A stretch of DNA of 64,000 nucleotides from Thalia democratica (lineage: Eukaryota), in assembly GCA_965202585.1 (NCBI GenBank), contig OZ241831.1, forward strand, positions 31,372,001-31,436,000. Direction: 5' to 3'. Shown here one piece after another: positions 11,569 to 25,931 of the stretch. Position 1 is the first letter of the stretch. Each line of letters starts with the position of its first letter. A model generated the notes under the pieces. That model saw nothing but the letters and a program-made list of their open reading frames with translations. It was not told the DNA's origin and did no database searches. Both the position numbers and the translations under genes were made by a program.

Positions 11569-14500
11569 ACGCTAAACAACCGGTCCTTTTTAGGACCACC
11601 ATTTGAATAGAACCAGCTGTTCATGTTTACTTAAAGTACAAGAATATAAGCTTAGTACAAATAAATTCTTATTTGTGTAAATTAAAAACTCATATACTTG
11701 AATGAACACACTTTTTTTTTTGTTTCAAATACTTTATAAACTTGTAACTCGTTATATTGTAGAAAAAGCATTGCATTAGTCTAAAAACAGTAGTAGTGCT
11801 TGTTATCAAATGGTTTGTAAAAGATGTTTAACTAACTTGATTTTGTTGTCCGTAAGATTTTTCATCTGAATACTTTTTGTACAAAACATTTCATTTGCTG
11901 AAGTTCTGTTGAAACATTCAATAAATAAGTGCTTACAAAAAAGTATCAATTTTTTAAACATAAATGTATATCACTTATAACATGCAAAAACTTAGTTGTA
12001 ACTTTATTTTAAGTTGTTGTTGATTATTAGTAACACAACCGAGCTTTAACTTTTTAAACGAGTTCTTCTTATCAACTTAACTGCAATTGAAGCCATGTAA
12101 CACGTTTTAAAAAGTTACGAATACATAAATGAATACAAAAATGGTTGTTCAAAACAAAAAATTACAGATGTGTTTTTCAAGTAAAATAACATATTCCTTC
12201 TTTCAAAGCTAACTTCTGTTTAGCATATTCAAGAAACATTTTCAATTCAAAACATAAACACACAAAACAAACCAGCTCATTGGTTGAAACTTGGTAAAAC
12301 ACAAAAAAGTAACTGCTTGTACTTTTTTAAGTAATTTATTATTCTAGTTTTCAATGTAAAAGGTACTTGTTTTAACTAGATATGACACAACTTACTGACC
12401 TTTAACAACTCTAGTAGTTTGTTGAAAGTTATGTTTCTACATATCTAAAGTAATCAGGACCACCAGTTGATTTAAGCAGCTACTAATGTCGAGTAAACAG
12501 TGTCTAACAAGCTTAAACTAAGCGACAAAAAAATGTACAAATTTGTATCTACATTGTGCGTGTTGGTAAAAAGTAACAGTTAGTGTATTTCAATAACTTC
12601 TAAATAAACTTTCTAAAACTGAATTTCTCTGTTTTTATTTCTACTAGTTAGTTACACTTACTTTAGTTTTTGTAGTTCCACTTGACATTTTAAACTACTT
12701 TTGATAATGTAGAATAAGTTTTTCTGCTTCACTAGTATTTAAATGTTAGGTAAAAATATTTTTTAATGGGAATTTTCTTGTTTAACTTATTGTTTAAACA
12801 AAACTTATTCTAGTTCATTTTACTTTGTAAACTTGTTTTTCAAACACTCAATAGATATTTGTTGTTAGTTTAATAAAAAAATCAATCTGTCACTAAATAA
12901 AAATTTATGCTTAAATAAGACATTATATTAAATGAGAAGAAAAATTTACTTTGCGTTGATACTAAAAATGCTCAATGATATTTATTTAAGGTCTGATTGT
13001 CAAATAAGTATTAGTTTTATTTATCAGAATGCAAATGAAACAATAAAAAACTGTTTAAAAGTTGAACAGTGAAACTAATGTAGACAACAGTGATTGTTTA
13101 AAACAAACATACAATTGAAATAATCTTTCTGCTTACAAAGCTCATACTTGTTTTGTTGAACTCATTTTTTCTGTGGCTATGACAAATTACAAAATGATTC
13201 CACGGTAAAAAAGAACAGCTTGTTACAATTTTTTGTAACTCTTTTTTAAACTATGTATGAGACAACTCAAAACGACGATACTTGTTTGTTTTAAGCTATG
13301 TACTTTTTAAATCTAAAGATTAGGTGGATCACCAATTAATTACACAAGCTACTAATGACTACTAAACTCAACAACACAAATAAACATACTTAATCAACTT
13401 TGTGGTGATAAAGAATCAAAAACATATTTTCTTCCAAGTTATAAAACCTATTATTTATTAAATACCTAGCTTGCCAAATTTCTCTACTATACTTTTTTTA
13501 TGCAACTGTTAAGAAGGGAACTCTGGCTAGATAACTGCTCTAATCCTTACTTTATTGCTTACTATTATCGAATGCTTAGTGAAAAGCTTTAACTAACTTG
13601 AGTGTCTTTTTCGTGGCCTTTTTCCTTTTAACTTTCTTTTCCAAATAAAACTTATTCTCATTAACTTTGTGGACATTTTTTAATTCAATATTTCATTTGT
13701 TTTTTAGTTTATTAAAAAAAAAACTGTGCCTACGTCACTGTAAAATCTATTTGTATTTTTCAATGAAAATAGTACGCTTAAACAGAAATAAAAATAAAAC
13801 TTTGACTTATTAACTGAAAACGTTTTAAACTGTTAATAACAAACAATGTTTAGTGTCCTTAAAAAATACTGTTCAATTACAATTAAACTACAACTGAAAC
13901 ATGCTTAACAATTCAAAACTGGTGTAACACATAAATGTAAACAACATCGATTGTTCAAAAGAAAGAGAACACTATTAACAAGTACACAATTTACAAAACA
14001 AAATACCTTAATAAAATGATGAACTTGTATATATAAATCGTTTATATTACATCTACTTACTTGATTTAAGCTTTCTAATCTTGTCAAGCATATGAAATAA
14101 ACCAATTGATTAGCTAAAACATGGTACAAAGAAAAGAAGTAAAAAACTTGTTACCACTTGTTTGTTACCCTTATGTACGCTATACATAAGAAAACTAAAA
14201 TTACTGTAACTTGTTGCTTTAAGCTGTGTAGTTTTTATAAATCTAAAGAAGAAAAAAAAACTGGACAAAGCAAAACCAAAACTTTTTTAGCCTTCATTTT
14301 TTACAGCTTATTATGTGATGGTACAAGTTCCATAATAGGCAAACAACAATGTAAAACTTTAAATCAAGCAAATACTTTGTTTTATATGGTCTATAATTTA
14401 ATAAGATAACAGTTACTTTGTTTCAAGTTTATATGTTATTGCTACAACAGCTATGTTCTTAACGACATCCGAGAATAAAATGTAACTTATCCTAAGCTGT

Positions 14501-16031
14501 GTTTTTAACTACATTAACAGTAAGTTAGAGATAACTAGTTACGAATTTTGAAAAGCAAAACATTTAGTCAATGAAATAAATGGTACAGAACATTATGATT
14601 AATCTAGGTTGAGTAAACTAGGAAATCACTATTAGCAGTAAAGCAGTTAAAACACATGTTTAACTTGGTAAACACTTCAATCGTAAACTTTAAAAAACAG
14701 TACTGTTGTTGTTTCAAAATATGTGTCAAGAAAGTAGTAAGTTGTTCTATGTTGTTTCGACTGACTTTAAATTTATGAGAAGTGACAAAACAAAGTTTGA
14801 AAAAAAAACTTAATTGCATTATTTTCCAGTTAAAAAGTTTCAAAGATAGATTGAAAGGTTATGAGTGCTGATTGTAAACAAAGCTTTATTCAAACACTAA
14901 GTTTGTCAATCTTATTTCAAAACTTTTTCATTTCGATTTTCTTACTCGATTTTATTTTGTATATAATGCTGCTTAAAAAATAAACCAACCTCTTTTTTTA
15001 CGTAAAATTTTTCATCCAAAAGGTATCAGCTTTTGTTTAAGTTCAAATTTAGTGCTAGTGTGCATAAGCTTTTTCGACTTATTTACTTCTTTGAATTTAA
15101 TTAACTTTATTTTGTTCGGAAAATTTACAACCAAATCCATTTGTTCACTTTTATCAGCACACTTTATTCGGTTGAAATCTGCAAAGTTAAAGTTCTTAGT
15201 TTGATCAAGGTTTAAGTTTAACGAGCAAAATTGCATCAGTTATTTTTTAAACTGTATAACACCTTGAATCAGTTGTTTGAAACACTAATTTTATGTTAAA
15301 CTACTTACCTGTTAAACTAGTTTTCATATACACTGAAAAATAATAAAATTTGTGTTTAAATGTAGTTTACAACTTTCAAACAAGTATCATCATAGTTACT
15401 GTACAGCACGTTTTTGAAAGGTTGTTTGGAAAACTTTGTTGTAAGGTAAGTTACTAGTATGTGCAAGAACAAAGTTGTCTAGTCTGTTTAATAAAAGTTT
15501 TGAGTACATTGCTTATGAGTATATTGATTATGAGTAATCATAACTAGTAAAGCTAAACAAAATGAACTCTTTTATTCTTTTGGAATTACTTTTTACACAT
15601 TTTTTTACACATAAAAAGTTTGAGGTAAAAAAAACCTTGTGCTTTGTTAAAACTTTATTACTTTAGGTGAGCGGCAAAGGAAAACTCAGTCGGAAGTGTG
15701 TTAACATGTTTTGTTTCATTTATGTTTTTTTTAATGTATTTAGAGGTGTGCTGTAAGATACAGGCTGTTATTTCTTGACTTTTCAAACTAATGATTTTAA
15801 AAAAATTACTTTTAGAAAAAGTTAGATATGGTTTCTTTCTTACTGGAACTTTTTCAACATTCGTAATAAGACAACTAAGTTTTTATAAGCATATATGTAT
15901 TAAACAAACATGCTAATGCTTATATTAAGAAGTAAAAGGTACCTTGCAAAGCATAACTGCTCAACAGTCAATTCGTCACAGTCAGTAACTCTTGCAAGTA
16001 TCGTTTTGGGTCGCTTTAATATTCATTCATC

Positions 16032-16592
16032 ATGTCTACCACAGCAGTAGCAGCAGTACCAGCGCCAGCCGCAGCCAGGTCTTCCAAGAGACCAAGCGCC
16101 AAGAAGGCAGAGCACCCTACTTACAGGGAAATGATTAGCTCTGCCCTTGGAGCAATGAAGGAACGAAAAGGTACATCCCGCCAGAAGATACAAAAGTTTA
16201 TCGCGGACACCTACAAGCTTGACCTCACAGCTTCTAATTCTCACTTGAAGAGAGCACTTACCAGCGGCGTGACCAAAGGTGCTTTTCTCCAGACTACTGG
16301 AAAAGGCGCTTCTGGCTCGTTCAAGCTTGCTCCAATGCCAGCTGCTGGGCCCAAGAAGAGGACAAAGAAAGTAGCTAAAAAGCCAGCAGCAAAGAAGGCC
16401 CCAGCTAAAAAACCAAAAAAGAAGTGTGCTCCCAAGAAGGCTGCAAAAAAACCAGCAGCCAAAAAGCGACCTGCTAAAAAGTGCGCTCCTAAGAAGGCAG
16501 CATCTAAAAAAGCTGCAAGCAAGAAGAAGAAAGTAACCAAGAAGAAGCCGGCAGCCAAAAAAGCATCCAAGAAGAAGAGCTGCAAAAAATAA
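16032..16592 (+). CDS. H1: Histone H1, unit 3
   Basis: Protein identical to unit 1. Confidence 0.97.
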   Translation: MSTTAVAAVPAPAAARSSKRPSAKKAEHPTYREMISSALGAMKERKGTSRQKIQKFIADTYKLDLTASNSHLKRALTSGVTKGAFLQTTGKGASGSFKLAPMPAAGPKKRTKKVAKKPAAKKAPAKKPKKKCAPKKAAKKPAAKKRPAKKCAPKKAASKKAASKKKKVTKKKPAAKKASKKKSCKK

Positions 16593-16692
16593 GTTGTTCT
16601 TTTACCCAAGGTCCTTTTCAGGACCACTCTAACAAAATATAACGTAACTCAAAATGCATAAAACAATGCTAAGTTGAAAGTATGCAAATTAG

Positions 16693-17184
<492 letters not shown>

Positions 17185-17328
17185 GCGTTAGCTAAAACCG
17201 GTCCTTTTCAGGGCCACCTTTAAACTTTGACAGCGAGAAAAACTTAGCCAAATGTAAGTTAAGAGACTTTTTTGAGTATGCAAATTAGTTAGTAGTAACC
17301 GTACGCGTCCGTAACAGCTTGTATATAA

Positions 17329-17676
<348 letters not shown>

Positions 17677-17858
17677 TCGCTTTTAGCAAACCCGGTCCTT
17701 TTTAGGACCACCTAATTCAATGTAAAAGTTTTACAACACTTTTGACAAGATTAAGCATTAGCTATGACATATGCAAATTAGTTTTTCGTTCGACGCGGTT
17801 AGGTATGAGTTTTATATTGAGCTGTGCAAGCTATCATCACAATCATTCAAACAACAAA

Positions 17859-18212
17859 ATGTCAGGACGTGGTAAAGGATCAAAACTCAAATCTAAGCCG
17901 AAGAGCAGGTCTTCCCGTGCAGGACTGCAGTTTCGCACCGGCAACTACAGCCAAAGAGTCGGAGCTGGTGCTCCAGTTTATCTGGCTGCCGTTCTCGAGT
18001 ACTTGAGCGCAGAAGTGCTCGAGCTTGCCGGTAACGCTGCTCGAGACAACAAGAAAAGCAGGATCATTCCTCGCCATTTGCAACTAGCTATTCGCAACGA
18101 CGAAGAGTTGAACAAACTTCTCGGAGGCGTCACAATTGCTCAAGGTGGTGTTCTTCCAAACATCCAGGCAGTACTATTGCCTAAGAAGACCGCTTCAAAA
18201 AAGTCAGCCTAA
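17859..18212 (+). pseudogene. H2A: Histone H2A, unit 3, with a 27-bp in-frame deletion (loses PVGRVHRLL, most of helix alpha-1); 117-aa open frame
   Basis: Junction tttc|gcaccgg at 17934/17935. Promoter, reading frame and stem-loop are intact. Functional status is unknown; a fold-defective product is inferred. Confidence 0.8.
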
Positions 18213-18376
18213 GTTAAAAAAAAACCAGGTCCTTTTCAGGACCACCAAAATATTTACAACAAAAGAGAGAATTGTGAAGTGAGAGAAACCAGCTATCGTT
18301 CGCGTACGGAACTATGCTAATTTGCATAATTTTTCAGTATATAAACTGGTGCCGAGACAGAGGTCCACGCATCATC

Positions 18377-18736
18377 ATGACAGCAACCAAAGGCGCGAAG
18401 AAGTCAGTAGCCAAGACCGCTCCGGTCGACGGCAAGAAGAAGCGAAGGAGGAGGAACAAAGAAAGCTTTGGCATCTACGTGTACAAAGTTTTGAAGCAAG
18501 TGCACCCCGACACCGGAATTTCCAGCAAGGCAATGGGAATCATGAACTCATTTGTCAACGACATCTTCGAGCGCATTGCAGCAGAGGCTTCACGTTTGGC
18601 TCATTACAACAAGAGGTCAACTGTTAGCAGCCGCGAAATTCAAACTGCTGTCAGGCTCTTGCTCCCCGGCGAGTTGTCAAAGCACGCAGTTTCAGAAGGA
18701 ACTAAAGCTGTTACCAAATACACCAGCTCAAAATAA
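18377..18736 (+). CDS. H2B: Histone H2B, unit 3
   Basis: Protein from the true ATG is identical to unit 1. Confidence 0.98.
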   Translation: MTATKGAKKSVAKTAPVDGKKKRRRRNKESFGIYVYKVLKQVHPDTGISSKAMGIMNSFVNDIFERIAAEASRLAHYNKRSTVSSREIQTAVRLLLPGELSKHAVSEGTKAVTKYTSSK

Positions 18737-21700
18737 ACGCTAAACAACCGGTCCTTTTTAGGACCACCATTTGAATAGAACCAGCTGTTCATGTTTACTT
18801 AAAGTACAAGAATATAAGCTTAGTACAAATAAATTCTTATTTGTGTAAATTAAAAACTCATATACTTGAATGAACACACTTTTTTTTTTGTTTCAAATAC
18901 TTTATAAACTTGTAACTCGTTATATTGTAGAAAAAGCATTGCATTAGTCTAAAAACAGTAGTAGTGCTTGTTATCAAATGGTTTGTAAAAGATGTTTAAC
19001 TAACTTGATTTTGTTGTCCGTAAGATTTTTCATCTGAATACTTTTTGTACAAAACATTTCATTTGCTGAAGTTCTGTTGAAACATTCAATAAATAAGTGC
19101 TTACAAAAAAGTATCATCTTTTTAAACATAAATGTATATCACTTATAACATGCAAAAACTTAGTTGTAACTTTATTTTAAGTTGTTGTTGATTATTAGTA
19201 ACACAACCGAGCTTTAACTTTTTAAACGAGTTCTTCTTATCAACTTAACTGCAATTGAAGCCATGTAACACGTTTTAAAAAGTTACGAATACATAAATGA
19301 ATACAAAAATGGTTGTTCAAAACAAAAAATTACAGATGTGTTTTTCAAGTAAAATAACATATTCCTTCTTTCAAAGCTAACTTCTGTTTAGCATATTCAA
19401 GAAACATTTTCAATTCAAAACATAAACACACAAAACAAACCAGCTCATTGGTTGAAACTTGGTAAAACACAAAAAAGTAACTGCTTGTACTTTTTTAAGT
19501 AATTTATTATTCTAGTTTTCAATGTAAAAGGTACTTGTTTTAACTAGATATGACACAACTTACTGACCTTTAACAACTCTAGTAGTTTGTTGAAAGTTAT
19601 GTTTCTACATATCTAAAGTAATCAGGACCACCAGTTGATTTAAGCAGCTACTAATGTCGAGTAAACAGTGTCTAACAAGCTTAAACTAAGCGACAAAAAA
19701 ATGTACAAATTTGTATCTACATTGTGCGTGTTGGTAAAAAGTAACAGTTAGTGTATTTCAATAACTTCTAAATAAACTTTCTAAAACTGAATTTCTCTGT
19801 TTTTATTTCTACTAGTTAGTTACACTTACTTTAGTTTTTGTAGTTCCACTTGACATTTTAAACTACTTTTGATAATGTAGAATAAGTTTTTCTGCTTCAC
19901 TAGTATTTAAATGTTAGGTAAAAATATTTTTTAATGGGAATTTTCTTGTTTAACTTATTGTTTAAACAAAACTTATTCTAGTTCATTTTACTTTGTAAAC
20001 TTGTTTTTCAAACACTCAATAGATATTTGTTGTTAGTTTAATAAAAAAATCAATCTGTCACTAAATAAAAATTTATGCTTAAATAAGACATTATATTAAA
20101 TGAGAAGAAAAATTTACTTTGCGTTGATACTAAAAATGCTCAATGATATTTATTTAAGGTCTGATTGTCAAATAAGTATTAGTTTTATTTATCAGAATGC
20201 AAATGAAACAATAAAAAACTGTTTAAAAGTTGAACAGTGAAACTAATGTAGACAACAGTGATTGTTTAAAACAAACATACAATTGAAATAATCTTTCTGC
20301 TTACAAAGCTCATACTTGTTTTGTTGAACTCGTTTTTTCTGTGGCTATGACAAATTACAAAATGATTCCACGGTAAAAAAGAACAGCTTGTTACAATTTT
20401 TTGTAACTCTTTTTTAAACTATGTATGAGACAACTCAAAACGACGATACTTGTTTGTTTTAAGCTATGTACTTTTTAAATCTAAAGATTAGGTGGATCAC
20501 CAATTAATTACACAAGCTACTAATGACTACTAAACTCAACAACACAAATAAACATACTTAATCAACTTTGTGGTGATAAAGAATCAAAAACATATTTTCT
20601 TCCAAGTTATAAAACCTATTATTTATTAAATACCTAGCTTGCCAAATTTCTCTACTATACTTTTTTTATGCAACTGTTAAGAAGGGAACTCTGGCTAGAT
20701 AACTGCTCTAATCCTTACTTTATTGCTTACTATTATCGAATGCTTAGTGAAAAGCTTTAACTAACTTGAGTGTCTTTTTCGTGGCCTTTTTCCTTTTAAC
20801 TTTCTTTTCCAAATAAAACTTATTCTCATTAACTTTGTGGACATTTTTTAATTCAATATTTCATTTGTTTTTTAGTTTATTAAAAAAAAAACTGTGCCTA
20901 CGTCACTGTAAAATCTATTTGTATTTTTCAATGAAAATAGTACGCTTAAACAGAAATAAAAATAAAACTTTGACTTATTAACTGAAAACGTTTTAAACTG
21001 TTAATAACATACAATGTTTAGTGTCCTTAAAAAATACTGTTCAATTACAATTAAACTACAACTGAAACATGCTTAACAATTCAAAACTGGTGTAACACAT
21101 AAATGTAAACAACATCGATTGTTCAAAAGAAAGAGAACACTATTAACAAGTACACAATTTACAAAACAAAATACCTTAATAAAATGATGAACTTGTATAT
21201 ATAAATCGTTTATATTACATCTACTTACTTGATTTAAGCTTTCTAATCTTGTCAAGCATATGAAATAAACCAATTGATTAGCTAAAACATGGTACAAAGA
21301 AAAGAAGTAAAAAACTTGTTACCACTTGTTTGTTACCCTTATGTACGCTATACATAAGAAAACTAAAATTACTGTAACTTGTTGCTTTAAGCTGTGTAGT
21401 TTTTATAAATCTAAAGAAGAAAAAAAAACTGGACAAAGCAAAACCAAAACTTTTTTAGCCTTCATTTTTTACAGCTTATTATGTGATGGTACAAGTTCCA
21501 TAATAGGCAAACAACAATGTAAAACTTTAAATCAAGCAAATACTTTGTTTTATATGGTCTATAATTTAATAAGATAACAGTTACTTTGTTTCAAGTTTAT
21601 ATGTTATTGCTACAACAGCTATGTTCTTAACGACATCCGAGAATAAAATGTAACTTATCCTAAGCTGTGTTTTTAACTACATTAACAGTAAGTTAGAGAT

Positions 21701-23199
21701 AACTAGTTACGAATTTTGAAAAGCAAAACATTTAGTCAATGAAATAAATGGTACAGAACATTATGATTAATCTAGGTTGAGTAAACTAGGAAATCACTAT
21801 TAGCAGTAAAGCAGTTAAAACACATGTTTAACTTGGTAAACACTTCAATCGTAAACTTTAAAAAACAGTACTGTTGTTGTTTCAAAATATGTGTCAAGAA
21901 AGTAGTAAGTTGTTCTATGTTGTTTCGACTGACTTTAAATTTATGAGAAGTGACAAAACAAAGTTTGAAAAAAAAACTTAATTGCATTATTTTCCAGTTA
22001 AAAAGTTTCAAAGATAGATTGAAAGGTTATGAGTGCTGATTGTAAACAAAGCTTTATTCAAACACTAAGTTTGTCAATCTTATTTCAAAACTTTTTCATT
22101 TCGATTTTCTTACTCGATTTTATTTTGTATATAATGCTGCTTAAAAAATAAACCAACCTCTTTTTTTACGTAAAATTTTTCATCCAAAAGGTATCAGCTT
22201 TTGTTTAAGTTCAAATTTAGTGCTAGTGTGCATAAGCTTTTTCGACTTATTTACTTCTTTGAATTTAATTAACTTTATTTTGTTCGGAAAATTTACAACC
22301 AAATCCATTTGTTCACTTTTATCAGCACACTTTATTCGGTTGAAATCTGCAAAGTTAAAGTTCTTAGTTTGATCAAGGTTTAAGTTTAACGAGCAAAATT
22401 GCATCAGTTATTTTTTAAACTGTATAACACCTTGAATCAGTTGTTTGAAACACTAATTTTATGTTAAACTACTTACCTGTTAAACTAGTTTTCATATACA
22501 CTGAAAAATAACAAAATTTGTGTTTAAATGTAGTTTACAACTTTCAAACAAGTATCATCATAGTTACTGTACAGCACGTTTTTGAAAGGTTGTTTGGAAA
22601 ACTTTGTTGTAAGGTAAGTTACTAGTATGTGCAAGAACAAAGTTGTCTAGTCTGTTTAATAAAAGTTTTGAGTACATTGCTTATGAGTATATTGATTATG
22701 AGTAATCATAACTAGTAAAGCTAAACAAAATGAACTCTTTTATTCTTTTGGAATTACTTTTTACACATTTTTTTACACATAAAAAGTTTGAGGTAAAAAA
22801 AACCTTGTGCTTTGTTAAAACTTTATTACTTTAGGTGAGCGGCAAAGGAAAACTCAGTCGGAAGTGTGTTAACATGTTTTGTTTCATTTATGTTTTTTTT
22901 AATGTATTTAGAGGTGTGCTGTAAGATACAGGCTGTTATTTCTTGACTTTTCAAACTAATGATTTTAAAAAAATTACTTTTAGAACAAGTTAGATATGGT
23001 TTCTTTCTTACTGGAACTTTTTCAACATTCGTAATAAGACAACTAAGTTTTTATAAGCATATATGTATTAAACAAACATGCTAATGCTTATATTAAGAAG
23101 TAAAAGGTACCTTGCAAAGCATAACTGCTCAACAGTCAATTCGTCACAGTCAGTAACTCTTGCAAGTATCGTTTTGGGTCGCTTTAATATTCATTCATC

Positions 23200-23760
23200 A
23201 TGTCTACCACAGCAGTAGCAGCAGTACCAGCGCCAGCCGCAGCCAGGTCTTCCAAGAGACCAAGCGCCAAGAAGGCAGAGCACCCTACTTACAGGGAAAT
23301 GATTAGCTCTGCCCTTGGAGCAATGAAGGAACGAAAAGGTACATCCCGCCAGAAGATACAAAAGTTTATCGCGGACACCTACAAGCTTGACCTCACAGCT
23401 TCTAATTCTCACTTGAAGAGAGCACTTACCAGCGGCGTGACCAAAGGTGCTTTTCTCCAGACTACTGGAAAAGGCGCTTCTGGCTCGTTCAAGCTTGCTC
23501 CAATGCCAGCTGCTGGGCCCAAGAAGAGGACAAAGAAAGTAGCTAAAAAGCCAGCAGCAAAGAAGGCCCCAGCTAAAAAACCAAAAAAGAAGTGTGCTCC
23601 CAAGAAGGCTGCAAAAAAACCAGCAGCCAAAAAGCGACCTGCTAAAAAGTGCGCTCCTAAGAAGGCAGCATCTAAAAAAGCTGCAAGCAAGAAGAAGAAA
23701 GTAACCAAGAAGAAGCCGGCAGCCAAAAAAGCATCCAAGAAGAAGAGCTGCAAAAAATAA
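23200..23760 (+). CDS. H1: Histone H1, unit 4
   Basis: Protein identical to unit 1. Confidence 0.97.
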   Translation: MSTTAVAAVPAPAAARSSKRPSAKKAEHPTYREMISSALGAMKERKGTSRQKIQKFIADTYKLDLTASNSHLKRALTSGVTKGAFLQTTGKGASGSFKLAPMPAAGPKKRTKKVAKKPAAKKAPAKKPKKKCAPKKAAKKPAAKKRPAKKCAPKKAASKKAASKKKKVTKKKPAAKKASKKKSCKK

Positions 23761-23860
23761 GTTGTTCTTTTACCCAAGGTCCTTTTCAGGACCACTCTAA
23801 CAAAATATAACGTAACTCAAAATGCATAAAACAATGCTAAGTTGAAAGTATGCAAATTAG

Positions 23861-24352
<492 letters not shown>

Positions 24353-24496
24353 GCGTTAGCTAAAACCGGTCCTTTTCAGGGCCACCTTTAAACTTTGACA
24401 GCGAGAAAAACTTAGCCAAATGTAAGTTAAGAGACTTTTTTGAGTATGCAAATTAGTTAGTAGTAACCGTACGCGTCCGTAACAGCTTGTATATAA

Positions 24497-24844
<348 letters not shown>

Positions 24845-25026
24845 TCGCTTTTAGCAAACCCGGTCCTTTTTAGGACCACCTAATTCAATGTAAAAGTTTT
24901 ACAACACTTTTGACAAGATTAAGCATTAGCTATGACATATGCAAATTAGTTTTTCGTTCGACGCGGTTAGGTATGAGTTTTATATTGAGCTGTGCAAGCT
25001 ATCATCACAATCATTCAAACAACAAA

Positions 25027-25407
25027 ATGTCAGGACGTGGTAAAGGATCAAAACTCAAATCTAAGCCGAAGAGCAGGTCTTCCCGTGCAGGACTGCAGTT
25101 TCCAGTCGGTCGCGTGCACCGCCTGTTGCGCACCGGCAACTACAGCCAAAGAGTCGGAGCTGGTGCTCCAGTTTATCTGGCTGCCGTTCTCGAGTACTTG
25201 AGCGCAGAAGTGCTCGAGCTTGCCGGTAACGCTGCTCGAGACAACAAGAAAAGCAGGATCATTCCTCGCCATTTGCAACTAGCTATTCGCAACGACGAAG
25301 AGTTGAACAAACTTCTCGGAGGCGTCACAATTGCTCAAGGTGGTGTTCTTCCAAACATCCAGGCAGTACTATTGCCTAAGAAGACCGCTTCAAAAAAGTC
25401 AGCCTAA
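25027..25407 (+). CDS. H2A: Histone H2A, unit 4 (intact)
   Basis: Protein identical to unit 1. Confidence 0.98.
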   Translation: MSGRGKGSKLKSKPKSRSSRAGLQFPVGRVHRLLRTGNYSQRVGAGAPVYLAAVLEYLSAEVLELAGNAARDNKKSRIIPRHLQLAIRNDEELNKLLGGVTIAQGGVLPNIQAVLLPKKTASKKSA

Positions 25408-25571
25408 GTTAAAAAAAAACCAGGTCCTTTTCAGGACCACCAAAATATTTACAACAAACGAGAGAATTGTGAAGTGAGAGAAACCAGCTATCGTTCGCGT
25501 ACGGAACTATGCTAATTTGCATAATTTTTCAGTATATAAACTGGCGCCGAGACAGAGGTCCACGCATCATC

Positions 25572-25931
25572 ATGACAGCAACCAAAGGCGCGAAGAAGTC
25601 AGTAGCCAAGACCGCTCCGGTCGACGGCAAGAAGAAGCGAAGGAGGAGGAACAAAGAAAGCTTTGGCATCTACGTGTACAAAGTTTTGAAGCAAGTGCAC
25701 CCCGACACCGGAATTTCCAGCAAGGCAATGGGAATCATGAACTCATTTGTCAACGACATCTTCGAGCGCATTGCAGCAGAGGCTTCACGTTTGGCTCATT
25801 ACAACAAGAGGTCAACTGTTAGCAGCCGCGAAATTCAAACTGCTGTCAGGCTCTTGCTCCCCGGCGAGTTGTCAAAGCACGCAGTTTCAGAAGGAACTAA
25901 AGCTGTTACCAAATACACCAGCTCAAAATAA
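25572..25931 (+). CDS. H2B: Histone H2B, unit 4
   Basis: Protein identical to unit 1. Confidence 0.98.
   Translation: MTATKGAKKSVAKTAPVDGKKKRRRRNKESFGIYVYKVLKQVHPDTGISSKAMGIMNSFVNDIFERIAAEASRLAHYNKRSTVSSREIQTAVRLLLPGELSKHAVSEGTKAVTKYTSSK

Noticed and set aside
14158-14409. 83-aa spacer ORF present in units 2, 3, 5 and 6 only
   Set aside because: Its presence depends on an A8/A9 homopolymer, it has a non-ATG start and low-complexity composition; the length change may be a sequencing error.
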